From Amoebophrya sp. A120 (taxonomy: Eukaryota > Protista > Dinoflagellata), in the NCBI GenBank assembly GCA_905178155.1, contig CAJINV010000002.1:1463809-1527808 (forward strand): a stretch of 64,000 bases of DNA, read 5' to 3'. Position numbers and translations under genes: made by a program. Each line of letters starts with the position of its first letter. Positions within the stretch are counted from its first letter, which is position 1. The notes under the pieces were generated by a model, which was given only the letters and a program-made list of their open reading frames with translations, was not told the DNA's origin and made no database searches. Shown here in pieces: positions 13,400-25,653 of this stretch.

Positions 13400-16300
13400 T
13401 TACCTTCCCCCTTTAGCAGAAGAAGTCCCGCCGGCGTTGTTGTTCCGTTGCGCCCCTGCACCACCACGCCAGTTGTTGTTGGAAGTCATGTTTCCACCGC
13501 CGTTCATGTTTCCCGTAGTACTCATCTGTTGGCTCTGATTGTACGCAGAGGCGTGCGTGTTGTTATTCCCATAGACCGCGGTGTTCATCATCATGGACCC
13601 AGCTTGCATCTGGTTCATCCCGTGTTGCTGCCCCCACGAAGCAGACCCGTTCTGGTGATGTTGCGGGCCCCAGTTACAGCCTCCAGTCGCGTAGGAACCA
13701 GGAGCGCCGCCCCAATAATTGGCGCTGTTGTTGTAAGAACCCTGGTGGCCGCTGCAGCCTCCATAGCCGCCGTTCATCATGCTGCCGTTGTACTGGTGCG
13801 CGGCCGGCGCACCGGGATAAGAACCATTACCCTGACTGCAGCTTCCGTTGCCATTCATTTGATTGTACTGCTGGTTGCTGTAGTAAGTGGCATTTCCCTG
13901 CTGCTGCATGTTTCCGTTGTTCCAGTTCGCATTCTTACTGTAATTGTTCATCCCTGCTCCGTTGTTCTGATGCATGTTTCCACCGGTTGTGCCTCTGTTC
14001 TGCTGTTGATTCGCCGTCGTGCCGTTCTTGTTACTATCGCCAGAACCGCTGTTGCTGTTCCCCTGCTGCATGACTCCTTGCTGCTGCTGCCGGTTCATCC
14101 CACCGCTTTGACTACTATTGTTCTGCGCATTATTACCACCACCTCCGTTGCGCTTCTGGTGATGCTGATTGTTAGTTCCGTGGTGATTGTGGCCGTTATT
14201 ACCATGCAGATTCCCGCCGCGGTACAGCGCGTGCCCGACCCGATCGACCACCGCCTTGGCCTCCGCACATTGCGGCCAGCAGGACTTCACAACCTCATTG
14301 TACAGATACTCATCCTGCTTGCACATCCGGAACAAGGTGTCAAACTCCACACCAGGTCCGTCCTTATCAAATGTTAAAATGTCTGGGTCTGGAAGCTTGC
14401 AATTTGTCATGCTGTTTTTGGATTCCAGAAAAAGAATCTGTATTGCATGAGTACCACAAGGAATGTAATTTTTGCTACGCGGAGAGGGCGTTTGTCATGC
14501 GGAATAGGTATCAAGAAGCTCTCAAAAAATCCGTGATGCTAGGGCATGCATCACAGACATCAGGGCTCACGCAAAGCGTGCATGACAAGTGTCAGAATCT
14601 TCCAGACCCAGACATTTTTACAGTTGATAGTCCTGAAACGCTTGTAAGACAACGCTCCGCGCCTTCAAGACCCAGTCGGTATTATTGTTCTGCTGATTGT
14701 TTTGTTCATCCGCGCTCTTATTCATCTGGTTATTTCCACAGTTGTTGTTTGTGCTGGAATTGTTGTTAGTCCCACTTCCTCCGTTCCGCAACAACCCTAA
14801 AGCCAACGTCCCATAGGTTCTCGCATCGGGCGCAACATCAGATTTTTTCATCAATTCCGGAATCTGCAGTGCGTGCTGGAACCATTTGTTATTCAGCAAT
14901 GCGGAGAGCAAGCAGGTGAAGACGTGGTTATTCAGCGAAATGTTGTACAACACCGGCCACTGCTCCACTAATTTCAACGCCTCATCCACTTTCTGCAATC
15001 TCCCGTACATCTTGATCGCAATCGTCAACGTGAAGTGCGACGGGGTGAAACAACAGGTCGGTTTGGAGGTGGTAGTGTTGTTGCCGTTTTTATTCGCGTC
15101 ACCATTTATTTCTTGACCAGCATAATTCTGGTTGTAAATCATCTCATTAAACAACTCCAGCGCCTGCTCGCATTTGTTGTTCTTCACACAACCGTCTAAA
15201 AGCGTGTTGAAGATCACCTCGTTCGGTTTTAACATTCTCGTTTCCTCATTGCAGAAATGCTTGCGGTAAATCTGGATCCCGTGGTCGACTAGGCCATGCA
15301 TCATGTAGCCTTTGATGAGAGTGCCGAAGGTGATGATGTCGAGTTTTAGGTTTTTACTGAGCATTTCCTCGATCAATTCTTCCGCGTTTTGCATCATGTT
15401 CTCCTCTGACCGGCAGCAGGCGTCGATCAAAGTGTTGTACGAAACCTCGTTCATCAGGACCTGATAGAATTTCAATTTCTTTTGGTAGTTTTGCATGGCA
15501 AAAACACAAGCTCATGCGGATTCGCGCATGACAAAAAAAAGTGCGTAAAGTAAAAAAGAAATACGTTGTTCTCCCGCACGAACCCCAGCGCCTCCTTGGC
15601 CCGCCGTTCCAGCGCAAACCCCTTCAGCAACGTCGAGTACATAATCGGGTTGGGTTTCAGGATCGTCTTGTAGCTATTGAACAGCTCCAGTGCGTAGTTC
15701 ACCTGGTTGTTCGACACGCACGCGTCAATCATACACCCAAGAGTGATCTCATCCGGCTGCAAACCACACGTCGTCACCATCTCCGCCCAGAGCTTCTTCA
15801 CGTTCTCCAGGTTTTTCAAAATTCCCCAGCCCTTCAACAAAGATCCATACGTCGGCACGTTCGGGAATTTGATCTCGTTACACTCTAAAATCCGCTTCAA
15901 CCGTTGGTATTCTTTCCCGCGAATGCAGGAATCAATCGCCGTTTTCAATAAAAATTCATCCTGCCCGATCCAGATCTTATCCAACAGTTTAAAAGCCGCT
16001 TTGTTATTCTTCGCGATGTTCACGTTCACGTGGTTCGTCGATTGAACCCGCACCGTTTTCAACATGATCGTCACTGTGTAGTGGTCGATCGGGTACTTGA
16101 TCCCACAAAGGCCCTCGTTGATGATCCGCCAGGCACGTCTCGAGTCGCCCATCGAGACCGCAAGGTTTAAGATGGAGTTGTAGGAGACTCTATCCGGAGT
16201 GAACTGGGATTTCTGCCGTAATTGCTCCAAACAATCAAATGCATCGGGTAAAGTGTGGCAAAACGCCTTCAAATACGTGTTGTAGGAGACAGAATCATAT

Positions 16301-19300
16301 CAAATGTAAAAATGTCTGGGTCTGGAAGAGTCATGCTGTTTTTGCATGACACAGAAGGTCTGGCATGGAAGCTCAAGCATGACAGGTTTCGAGAAGCTTC
16401 CGCAATGCCGAATCCGCATGACAAATCCCCCACTTTGGTGGCAGAAAGTGGACAGCTTTTGCTCCCCATGCATGAGAGATTTTTCTGTGTTCTGAAATGC
16501 GCATCACAAGTTTGTATTCTTCCAGACCCAGACATTTTTGCATTTGATAAATCACAAAGGTTGAATTGCTCCATTTCTTCCAGAATCTCCTTCGCCAATT
16601 CCCGTTTCTTATCCTTGTTGCAGAATTGCTGATTTAACGAGACGATCGTGTCGAGCAGCGCGTTGTAGGCCGGACGGATGAGAGTGTAGTGATTGGAGGA
16701 AGTGTCTTTGTTGCTGTTGTTGTTTCCGGTTGTGGTAGCAGCATAAGCATTCGCCTTGGTTATCTCCTCTGCATTTTGATTTTCCTTGCCCTGCTCGCTG
16801 GTGTCTTCTTTATTCGCGTGGCAGGCAGCGGCGTTGTTCTCGCGGAGTAATTTCACAATCGACTTCGCCTCCTGTAATTTCCCTTGCCGGCCGAATCCGC
16901 GAATCATGGTGATGTAATCCTTCAAATCCAACTGTTTGCTCATGGTTGTGCTGTTCTCAACGTTTGTTGTCCCAGAACTTGTATTGCAGGCGGAGCTACT
17001 CCCTGGTGTTTCCGTCAACGACACTTGCCGTCCTGGGTTGGTGTTCATCACCATCGGACTCGGGAGAGTCACAGATTTGTCTAAGCGGTCGTCGTCGTTG
17101 TTGGGACAACAGGCACCCGCAGGAGCAGTGCCTTCTTCATTCACCATGGCGTTGGCGCCCCCGTCGACCTGAGGACTACTGCCAGCACTCGTCTCAATCT
17201 CCCCGGGGGAGGACAAAGAGGACTGCAAAGAAGTGGCACCGGTTGTGATCTCCTGCTCTGTGCTGGTTTCTCCACCAGAAAGACCGCCATTAGAAGTACA
17301 ACCACCCGAAACGCTCGTGTCCGTAGCAGAACAGACCAAGCTGGAGAACAACTTCTCCGCAACATCATATTGGCCGAGCTCAACGCAGCATTTCAAAACG
17401 CATCCTAATTGCGATGTAGAAGGCGTGTTCTGCTTGTTGGCATTGTCGGAATTAGCGTTGGCTGTATTCCCGGTTTGCAAGTGCTGAAAAGCCGCGTGCT
17501 GGTTCTTGCGCGGGGAGGGGAGGTACTCTGTTTCAAGTTTCGATTTGTTCATGCGAATCTGTAATGCGGAAAAAGGTAGAAAAAAGCAGTTTGTCATGCG
17601 AGACTAGCATGAGCATCAATTGAATCAATGAGCAAAACAGAAATCGTCCATACCTGGATGCCGCTCGAAAAACAGTTCACACGCGGGTGAGTACATCGAG
17701 CAACTCGCGTAGACCTGCATCATGGTGTACATCAAATTCGGCATCAGATCCGACATTTTGTCGTAGAAATATTCCGCGAGTTTCAGTTGCCGGAACTCCG
17801 CGCAAATCTGCAGCAAGAAATCCAAATTCTGCGAGCACTCCTTCTGGGTCGGGGTTAGTTGCAGGTACTTCTGCTGGTATTCCTTCTGCGTGAAAGTCGA
17901 GTGCTTGCTATTTTTCGGGTTGCAACCATTTTGCAGTAGAAGTTGTGGTTCCGAGAGCTGCTGTTGCTGCTGTGCATGACAAACTTCGCTTTTTCCCATC
18001 TGCATCAATTCCTTCACGTCGTAAAACTCCGTGTATTGGTCAAACAGCTTTTTGATTACATCGTGGTCGTCTAAATGGTCGCGTAAGTGGTAAATCAACG
18101 ACCGCCAGATCCGTAAGCATTCAGGGTACATGGAGATCGGGGTTAGAAATTGCTTGTTGCCCGTCTGTTGCTGATTGTTTTCCATCAGGGTCGACGTCTT
18201 CTTCCCGCTGTTTGTCATGCTCGGATTGTTGTTGTTCTCGATTTTGTTGTTCATTTCCCCACAATTCAACGGCGGAGAAACCAAATTAGACCGGATATCG
18301 GACAAATCTTCTTTCTCATCCTTGTTCGAAGAAGAATTCTGCGTGACCGAGAGGTCGAACGTGTTGTCCTCTTGCTCGCGGTTGTTCTTGTCTGCCGCAG
18401 CCGCATTGTTCCCTCCGTCACGAGACCCACCGCGCATCTTCTCAAACTCCTCAACTTCACCTTGATTTTCGTTACAGTCGGGCGACTCCAACCACGGTGA
18501 CAACAGTAACGAGTTGTCCTTTTTCAAAACCCCAGAAGTGTTGTTGATCAAGACGGAGGGACTCAAATCCCCTGCGGCGGGGGAAGGTAAAACGTGATGC
18601 GAAGTTTCCGTGATCGGGGTTATTTTCGACAAGGGCGGAGTGATTTCCTGGGATTTGGCATGCTTTTTTCCACCAGCAACAGAGCTGCTGTGGCCACCAC
18701 CACCAATCAGCGCTTCATCCTCGGGGCTCAAGGGGCGGGAGTTGTTACCGGACTTCCCGTTCATCGTCCCGGAAGTTGTGTGCTCCGTCTGGTGGCTGAA
18801 AACTTCGTACTTTCCAGCACCCGTCTGACCCTGCGCCACATGCGAAGACGTGTACCCACCAACATTGGTGCTGCAACTGGCTGTCTTGGAGAATTGCTGA
18901 GCTGTGCTGGTACTGGAAATACTGTCGGAGGACTTGTTTCCATACCCGCCTTTCGACATCGAATTACCGTTGTTGTATTTCGACATAGTGCCTTGGTGCG
19001 TGTACGACTTCCCGAGGTGGTGCTGGTTTGCACCGTTCTGCTTGCCATGGCCATTTCCGCTGTCCTTGCTCGAGCTCCGTTTGTTGTTGTTCCCCGCTGC
19101 ACCTCCGTTTTTCCCCCCACCGACAGAGCTGTTCGTGGTCGCGGAAGAGGAAGTTTTGGACATAGTTCCACCACATTGCGACTCGGTACAACTACCGTAG
19201 TGGTGTTGTGAAGTTCCGCTCCCACCTCCGTGCTCTTGGTGCTGCATCACTACCTCTTCCGTTCCGTTCGTGCTCGGATTCCACGGCGCCGCCCCGGCGC

Positions 19301-22300
19301 TCATTGTAGTCGCAGTTGTACCAGCGCCGGAATTTGTCATGCTAGTCGTAGCACTAGTCCCCATCTGCTGCTGCATCAGCCACATGTTCATCGCGTTCTG
19401 AATGTTCATGTTCATCGCACTCTGCATGTTCATCCCGTTCATCGTCATCGGTGTCGCCCCGTCGTAGGAACTTGTCATGGGCATTTGCATAGAACCAGGC
19501 TGCGTACTCACTCCAGAAGTTCCAAACATATTCATTTGCTGCATGTGCTGCAAAAACGCCATCTGCATAGCGTTGGAAAACTGCATGGGATTGTTGCCGT
19601 TTTGGTTTTGCTGCCCGACAGAATTATTGTTGCCTGTAGTGGCCGCATTGCTCATCAACCAGTCCATGAAACCGCGAGGGTCAGTGGTGCTTCCCCCTTG
19701 TTGCTGTTGCTGCTGCCCGGATCCGTCGTGTGCTGCCGCAGTTGTAGTGCCAGCATTTCCCATCGCAGCCGCGATGTTCACCGGCTGTCCATTGTTCATC
19801 GCTTGCATTTGCGACAACAGCTGTGCCTGCTGAAACACGAGTGCGGGGTCTGCGAAACCAGTAGTGCTTGTTCCCCCAGAAGTTGTTGTTCCATTCCCGT
19901 TGGCATTTCCACCGCCAAACGCCGCGTTGCAGTTACTCTGCATCTGCATGAACATGTTCTGCAAGTTCAAAGCCGCGGCCGCCGCCGCCGCGGCAGCCGT
20001 CTGCGAATTGGCTCCGGCCAACATTCCCGGCATCGGCATCATCGCTCCGTTGATCGACGGAAGCCCAAAACCGCACGCGTTCAACCAGCTTTGTCCGGCC
20101 CAAAACTGATCCGCGGCTAGCGCGTACTCCTGTTCCGCTTGGAGTTTGTCCGGATCGTTTCCAACTAGCTCTTGATGCTGTTGCAACGTTGGATCGGTCG
20201 TGAAACTATCGCCTGGCGAAGAGGTTAACGCGGAGAGATTCAGCATGTGGTTGTCGATTTGGATCTGGTTGTTGCCATTGACGTTACTCGCATTTCCCCC
20301 AGCATCACAAGTTCTAGTTTTGCTGTTGCTGTTTCCGATGCCAGCGTCTTCCTGTCCATCCGCCGGTGGCGGTGGCGGCGGGGGAACGATTTCGTGCTGC
20401 TGCTCTTGCTGCTGCTGTTGTTCCATAGCATGACAAGCTGCTGTTCCCATTTGCGCGGCGGCGGCGGCTCCTGGGGGTGCTGCAGCCACCATGATTTCTC
20501 CACTGACCGGGTTATAGTAGGTCGGAATCCACTGTTCCTGCGCAGGTGGTTGCGCTAACATCGCTGTACCCTGCTGATGGTGACCATACGTCGTATGATC
20601 CATTGCTGCTCCAGCCTGCTGCTGGTGGGCAATGGCAGCACTACCACCCATTTGATGTTGTCCGCCTTGCAAGTTGCCAACCTCCTGTGAATGATGTTCT
20701 TCCTCTCCCAAAACTTCCACCCCGCTGTCACTACATTCCTCACTCTCCTCCGCAGAGCTACTGCTTACCGCACAGGAACTGGAGCTGGTATAGGCTTGTG
20801 TGTCATCTATGCATTGCAAATATGTCTGGGTGCGGAAACTTGTGATGCAAGAAAGGGAAGAGTGAGCACACTGTGATGCGCTGCCCAGCATGACAAGTTT
20901 TTCCGTGGTTCTGCTTCTGAGTTGCGTACTTCGCATGAGAAACTGCGTTTGTGCATGAAAGACGCGAGGAGTTCTTCGCGGCCACGCAATACAAAGTTCA
21001 GAGTCATCGTTATGCCAGACGAGCATGACACATCTCGCAATCTCCCAGTCCCAGACATATTTGAACTGGATATCATCGTCCTTCTGGCAACTCGTCGGGC
21101 AATCTTGGTGCTCGTACGTCGGGTAAACGTTACAGTTCGCCGGGGGGCTGTTGTTCGAAACAGATAACCCTGGTGGACTATTGAAAATCCTCTCCCTTTT
21201 TGTCATGGAGCTGTTGTTGGAAGTTATTTTAGACGAGGATTTCCTATTCCCGTCGTGGTTCTTCTGATCCGGCGTTTTAATATTAACGCTGCTTGCGTTC
21301 GAGCTCGCGTTTGCAGCAAGGTTGCCGCGACTGTTATTCATTCCGTGATTGTAAGATCCCCCGCCGTTGCTGGTACCATGATTTCCACCACTCCCGCTAT
21401 TCGTCTTCGACCGTCGCATCTTTTCACTGTTGCTCATGGTCTGCGAGTGGTTCGAAGCGGAATTGCTGCGTTTATGCGGGGGGGTGCGAACCCCGCACAG
21501 GCCCATCGTGGTACCCTGTTGGTTTTGGCGCTGGATGGAAATGTCGGGGGAATTGGGATTCGAACCCGCGATGGAAGCGGCCTTTTGTTTGTTGTCGTTG
21601 CTGCGCTTGCGAGCCGATAAAGAGTTGTGATTTGCAGTGCCGGTTGAAGGACCATTGCTGTTATTGTTGTTCCACTGGTGTTGGTTGTTATTGTTTGTCA
21701 TCCCGCTCATATTTGCGGCTCCTTTCGACGCACCAGTTCCGCTGTTGCCACTGTAATTCGGGTTACAGTTGTTGCCATAAGTAGACCCACAACCCGACCG
21801 GCCTTTGTGATTCTGGTTTTCATTTCCGTAGTAAGCGTTACTATTGTTCACCCACTGGTGATTGTACTGCATATTATTACCTGTCATCATACCGCCTGGG
21901 ACAGTAGAACCCTTCATATTGCCGTACTGGTTACCACACCCGTTCCAATAACTTGCATTCGGCTGGGCGTAATAGCCTCCAGCACAAGCTCCATTCTGAT
22001 CACCAGTAGCGTTGTTCATACCGTTCTTTTGCAGAACCGTTTTGATGTTGCCACCGGTAGTACCCGCAGAAGATTGTTGCATTTGGCCATTATTTCCACC
22101 ACCACCGGAGCAAGAGTTGATATACGCGATGCCCGCATTCAAATTCGAAGTCGGACCAGAAAAGTCCTGCTGTGAAGACATGTCTACTTCCACTTTGCTC
22201 GTCTTGCGGCGGTTGTTTTGCTGGTGCTGATTCATCTTCCCATTGCCATTGCCATTCGACGAACCGGTGTCGCCGCTCTGCTTGTTTTGCACGTCTGTAG

Positions 22301-23048
22301 AAGTCTCCACAGAACCTTCGCCACTGCCAGGTTTGCTGTTGAAATTTGCGTTGTTGTTCGTTTTACCATGCTTGTTCTCCCCGGGATTCGTCACTGCTGC
22401 AGAAGAAGCTCCTGCACTATCGTTCATCGCCCGTCCGTTGCTGCAATTCGGGTCGATCTGGCAGTTCAAGGGGCTGGTGTTGGAAACCATCAGAGTGTCC
22501 TCGTTGTCGCTATTCCCGCCCTGCTCCGCGATGCAGGAGCGATCAAAGTTGCGCAGACTCGGGGGGACGACAGCGGTTTTGTTTTCTTCTGGCGCAGAAT
22601 CCTTTTCAGGAGACCGATCCTGGGGACTGGTTGTGGGCACGACTGTAGTCGCATCTTGAACTTTCGACGCGTTGCTGGTACCATCCCCTCCGGCACCAGA
22701 AATTTCACCAGCGCACGCAGTTTCCTCCGAAGATGTCTGCGCAGCCAGGACAGCCGCGGGCTCAGGACCATCCTCAGAATTAGTTGCTTTCATCTTTTTG
22801 TTTTTGTTCTTCTTGATTTTCTTTTTCTTATTGCCGGTTGGTCCGGTCGCTCCCATCGACGTCCCGGGCGGATCTTCATCCGGACCCTCGGTCTCTTGCA
22901 GGTCGTCTTTATTCATCTCGGTTTTTGCTGTATTAAAGCACTCCTGCATGAGAAGAACCTCCTCGTCGGGCGGCTGCTCGTTTGATTCCGCGTTATGGTT
23001 CTCCTCGCTGGAGGAGGAGAAGAGCGCGTTTTTGAACGCTTGCAGCAT
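13400..23048 (-). CDS. Pentatricopeptide-repeat (PPR) protein, ~2873 aa after splicing, with long Q/N/G-rich disordered N- and C-termini; 6 exons
   Basis: PPR motifs include PDRVSYNSILN, PNVPTYGSLLKG, PDEITLGCMIDAC, NEVSYNTLIDACC, PNEVIFNTLLDGC and PDARTYGTLALG. Removing 270+126+257+104+270 nt leaves 8622 nt in one frame. Confidence 0.9.
14365..14629. mobile_element. Introner family A (265 bp)
   Basis: Family A TIRs, TSD gtcct/gtcct. Spliced product reads AFQD/GPGVEF. Interior is the reverse complement of the copies at 38061 and 39085. Confidence 0.93.
15461..15564 (-). other. Canonical GT-AG intron (104 nt)
   Basis: AAC|GTATTT...TATCAG|GTC joins RENN/VLMNEVSYNT, completing a PPR motif. Confidence 0.85.
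16298..16549. mobile_element. Introner family A (252 bp)
   Basis: TSD aatca/aatca. Removing 257 nt changes frame and rebuilds the PPR motif CD/SVSYNTYLKAFC. Confidence 0.95.
17528..17653 (-). other. Canonical GT-AG intron (126 nt)
   Basis: CCAG|GTATGG...AAACAG|AG joins two same-frame ORFs across a stop codon (ERHPE/YLPSP). Confidence 0.7.
20808..21072. mobile_element. Introner family A (265 bp), in frame and stop-free
   Basis: TSD tcatc/tcatc. Reads through within the 1807-aa ORF. Spliced product reads QKDDD/TQAY. Confidence 0.92.
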
Positions 23049-25653
23049 AGCTTCACAAAGCCGGACGACTGAAGCGGCGTCAGAGGGAGCAGAAAGAACG
23101 CGGAGATGCAGGTAGAGCTAGAAGACCAGAGCAAGACTGGACGCAATGACACGGGTCCACAGAGGACAGAAGTTCTTCGGGAACAACCAAAGAGGAAACA
23201 ACGAAGTCTATTCTACCCGGAGTGCGAGATAAAACACATTCGGCTCTAATTAGTGGCAGAAATGAGAGTAGAAATCTTAGTCGAGAAACGAGGAAACAAA
23301 AAAAACAATTTAGCAGAAAAGAAAGAAATAGAAACTTTTAGCACAAGATCGTGAAAGACAGTTTTTTAGCAGTTTTGCAGAACCCGAAAATCTTGATTTT
23401 TTATGTTTTCAGCAGAAACGATAAGTGAGAAACGAAAACCTATTTTGAACAGATGAAAGGTGAGAATTCGAAACACATAGAAACTGGAATTTTTCGTTAC
23501 AAGCAGCAAAAGACAGCGAAATTTATTTAGACAGCAACAGCAAGGCAATCTTGCGGAGGAATTAATAACCAAAAAGGCTGTATAAGACCTTGCCGAAAAA
23601 TTCAACTACACAAAACCGAAGGGCAGCTCGAAGATACTAGAAGCATATGTTTTCTCAGACAACAAGGGACCAAAAGTGGCACCAGGGTGGAGTGTCAGCG
23701 CTTTGCTAAATTCTTTTTTTTTGGCGCTGGGCTTGGCTGAATAAAAGAAGACCTAGACCACTTATCACGCAAAAGCAAGAAAGGAAACTGAGCAGCAATG
23801 AGACAAAGCAAAGAAAACCATGCGACCGAAGGCTCGATCTGAGTCTTGACGAACACAACAGACTGACAAGACGAAATGCGGCAAGGGGGCCGCTAACATT
23901 TATCACAGCCGCGACCGGCTCCAGGCTTCTGGCGAGCGTATATGAAAACACGCCGAGCTTGCCCGTGGCCCGGCATTGACACGGCGGCCACCTGGCCCAG
24001 CAGGACCAGCGAGCGCGCGACGGGGCGAGCGACGGCCCACGGGCGAACGCTATCGCCGTGCCGCCCTTGCTTCCGGCGAGGGCGGGGGGCAAGCGGGCCG
24101 GCCGGGGCTGGGCTTTGCTCGTCACAGGTAACCCTCCCCCACCCCGCGGCCTCTTTGGGCGTAATGGATACGAAACAGGGCGCCGGGGTACCGGGCTGCC
24201 TTAGGGCCGCCAACGCGCCAGCTTATGGCGCGCGCCCACGGCGTTCTGCGCTTCCTTGGGCGCCTCCAAATTTGCGGCGGCGCTTCGCTTCCCCGGGTCG
24301 GTCCGACCGGGGAAAGAATACTGGGCCCCCTGCGGGGCGCGGCCAAGGTGCGCGATTTCCGGCGATAAATGCCTCGACCGGCGCGCGGCGTGCTTCCCTT
24401 TCCGCCGCGCCCCTCCCTGCCGCCTCCGCCACCGTCGGCGCCCCCCGGACCTGCCGCCCCCTCCAGAGGGGGGGCAACACCGAGACAGCCAGGGGGGGCA
24501 GACTGGCCGGCCGAACAAAAGGCGGCCGGGTCGGTGCCCCTCCGAGGCGCACTGCATTGCCCCCCCAAGGGGGGGCGAGCAGTTCACCGGGCCCGCCCAA
24601 TAAACTAACGCCCGGGGGTGCCTGGCTATCGAACGGGACCCGGCGCGACCACGCCCGGAGCGGGTCTGCCTCGATACGCTGCGGCCGGCCCGCCCCGGCG
24701 CCCGATGGAGACGCCCTCGCCCCCCCCCGCGCCGGCCCCCTTGGCGTCGACACTTCTTGCCACCCGCTTCGGGGAAGAAGTTGCCGCCGGTCTCCGACAA
24801 AACAACTTCCCCAATACGCGCGGCCGGCCAAAACTCGCACGAGGCCCAAGATGGTTGCCGGCGTGGCGCTCCGAGGCTAAGACAGGCGGCAACGTTATCG
24901 GCCTTCGTGTCGCCATGGACTAGGCGCCGCCGGCAAACTGGGGCCGGCCGGCGCCACCGTTAAAAGCAGGTGGGGCCGCTGCCAAACAGCGCGCCCCCCG
25001 AAAGCGCGCGAGGCGGCAGAACTGCGCAGAGGCTACCCACGTCCGTTGTAAATCGCTCTCACTGACATTTCCCCAAGCAAGGAAGGTCCTCCGCGGAACA
25101 CAGCGCAAGTTTAGAAACACTCGCTGAACTACAATGAGTTTCTGGCACCATGTCGAATCCGACAAGAACCAACGGTCTGTGCAAACACGGTAGCTGATTT
25201 ACGAAACACAAAATGGCACAACACTGTGGCTGCGCACGCACGGAGTCATGTCTTTCATCCTCTTCAAAGGAAGATTTAGCATCGCAAAATACAGTGGAAG
25301 CATTTAGCATCCTCTTCAAAGGAAGATTTAGCATCGTGATATCAGATACAGATTCATGCTTGGGAATGAGGATAATGTAATTCCCTTCGCGTGTTATGTT
25401 TATGTATGAGACTCTGGTTAGCGGATACTAAGAGTAGAAAACAAAGTAGTACAAGGATTTTCCTAGATGAGGCAACAACTTCCTCACATCTGCCACATTC
25501 CGATCGAGAATAACCCTGACGAAAGTGGTCGGCAAAAAAATCTATCAACTGCATCTGCGCCTAGTAGATCACCCAGAGCCACGCGCTACCGCGTACCTTC
25601 GGGTCCTCCCGCGGCGACCATCAGATCACAACACGGACTATTTGCTCCTCTGC

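Noticed and set aside
17559-17653. Acceptor TTACAG at 17559
   Set aside because: It gives a 95-nt intron that shifts the frame, whereas the acceptor at 17528 keeps it.
25256-25336. ~29-bp direct repeat catcctcttcaaaggaagatttagcatcg (2 copies)
   Set aside because: A simple local duplication in a probable 3' UTR, with too few copies to be an array.
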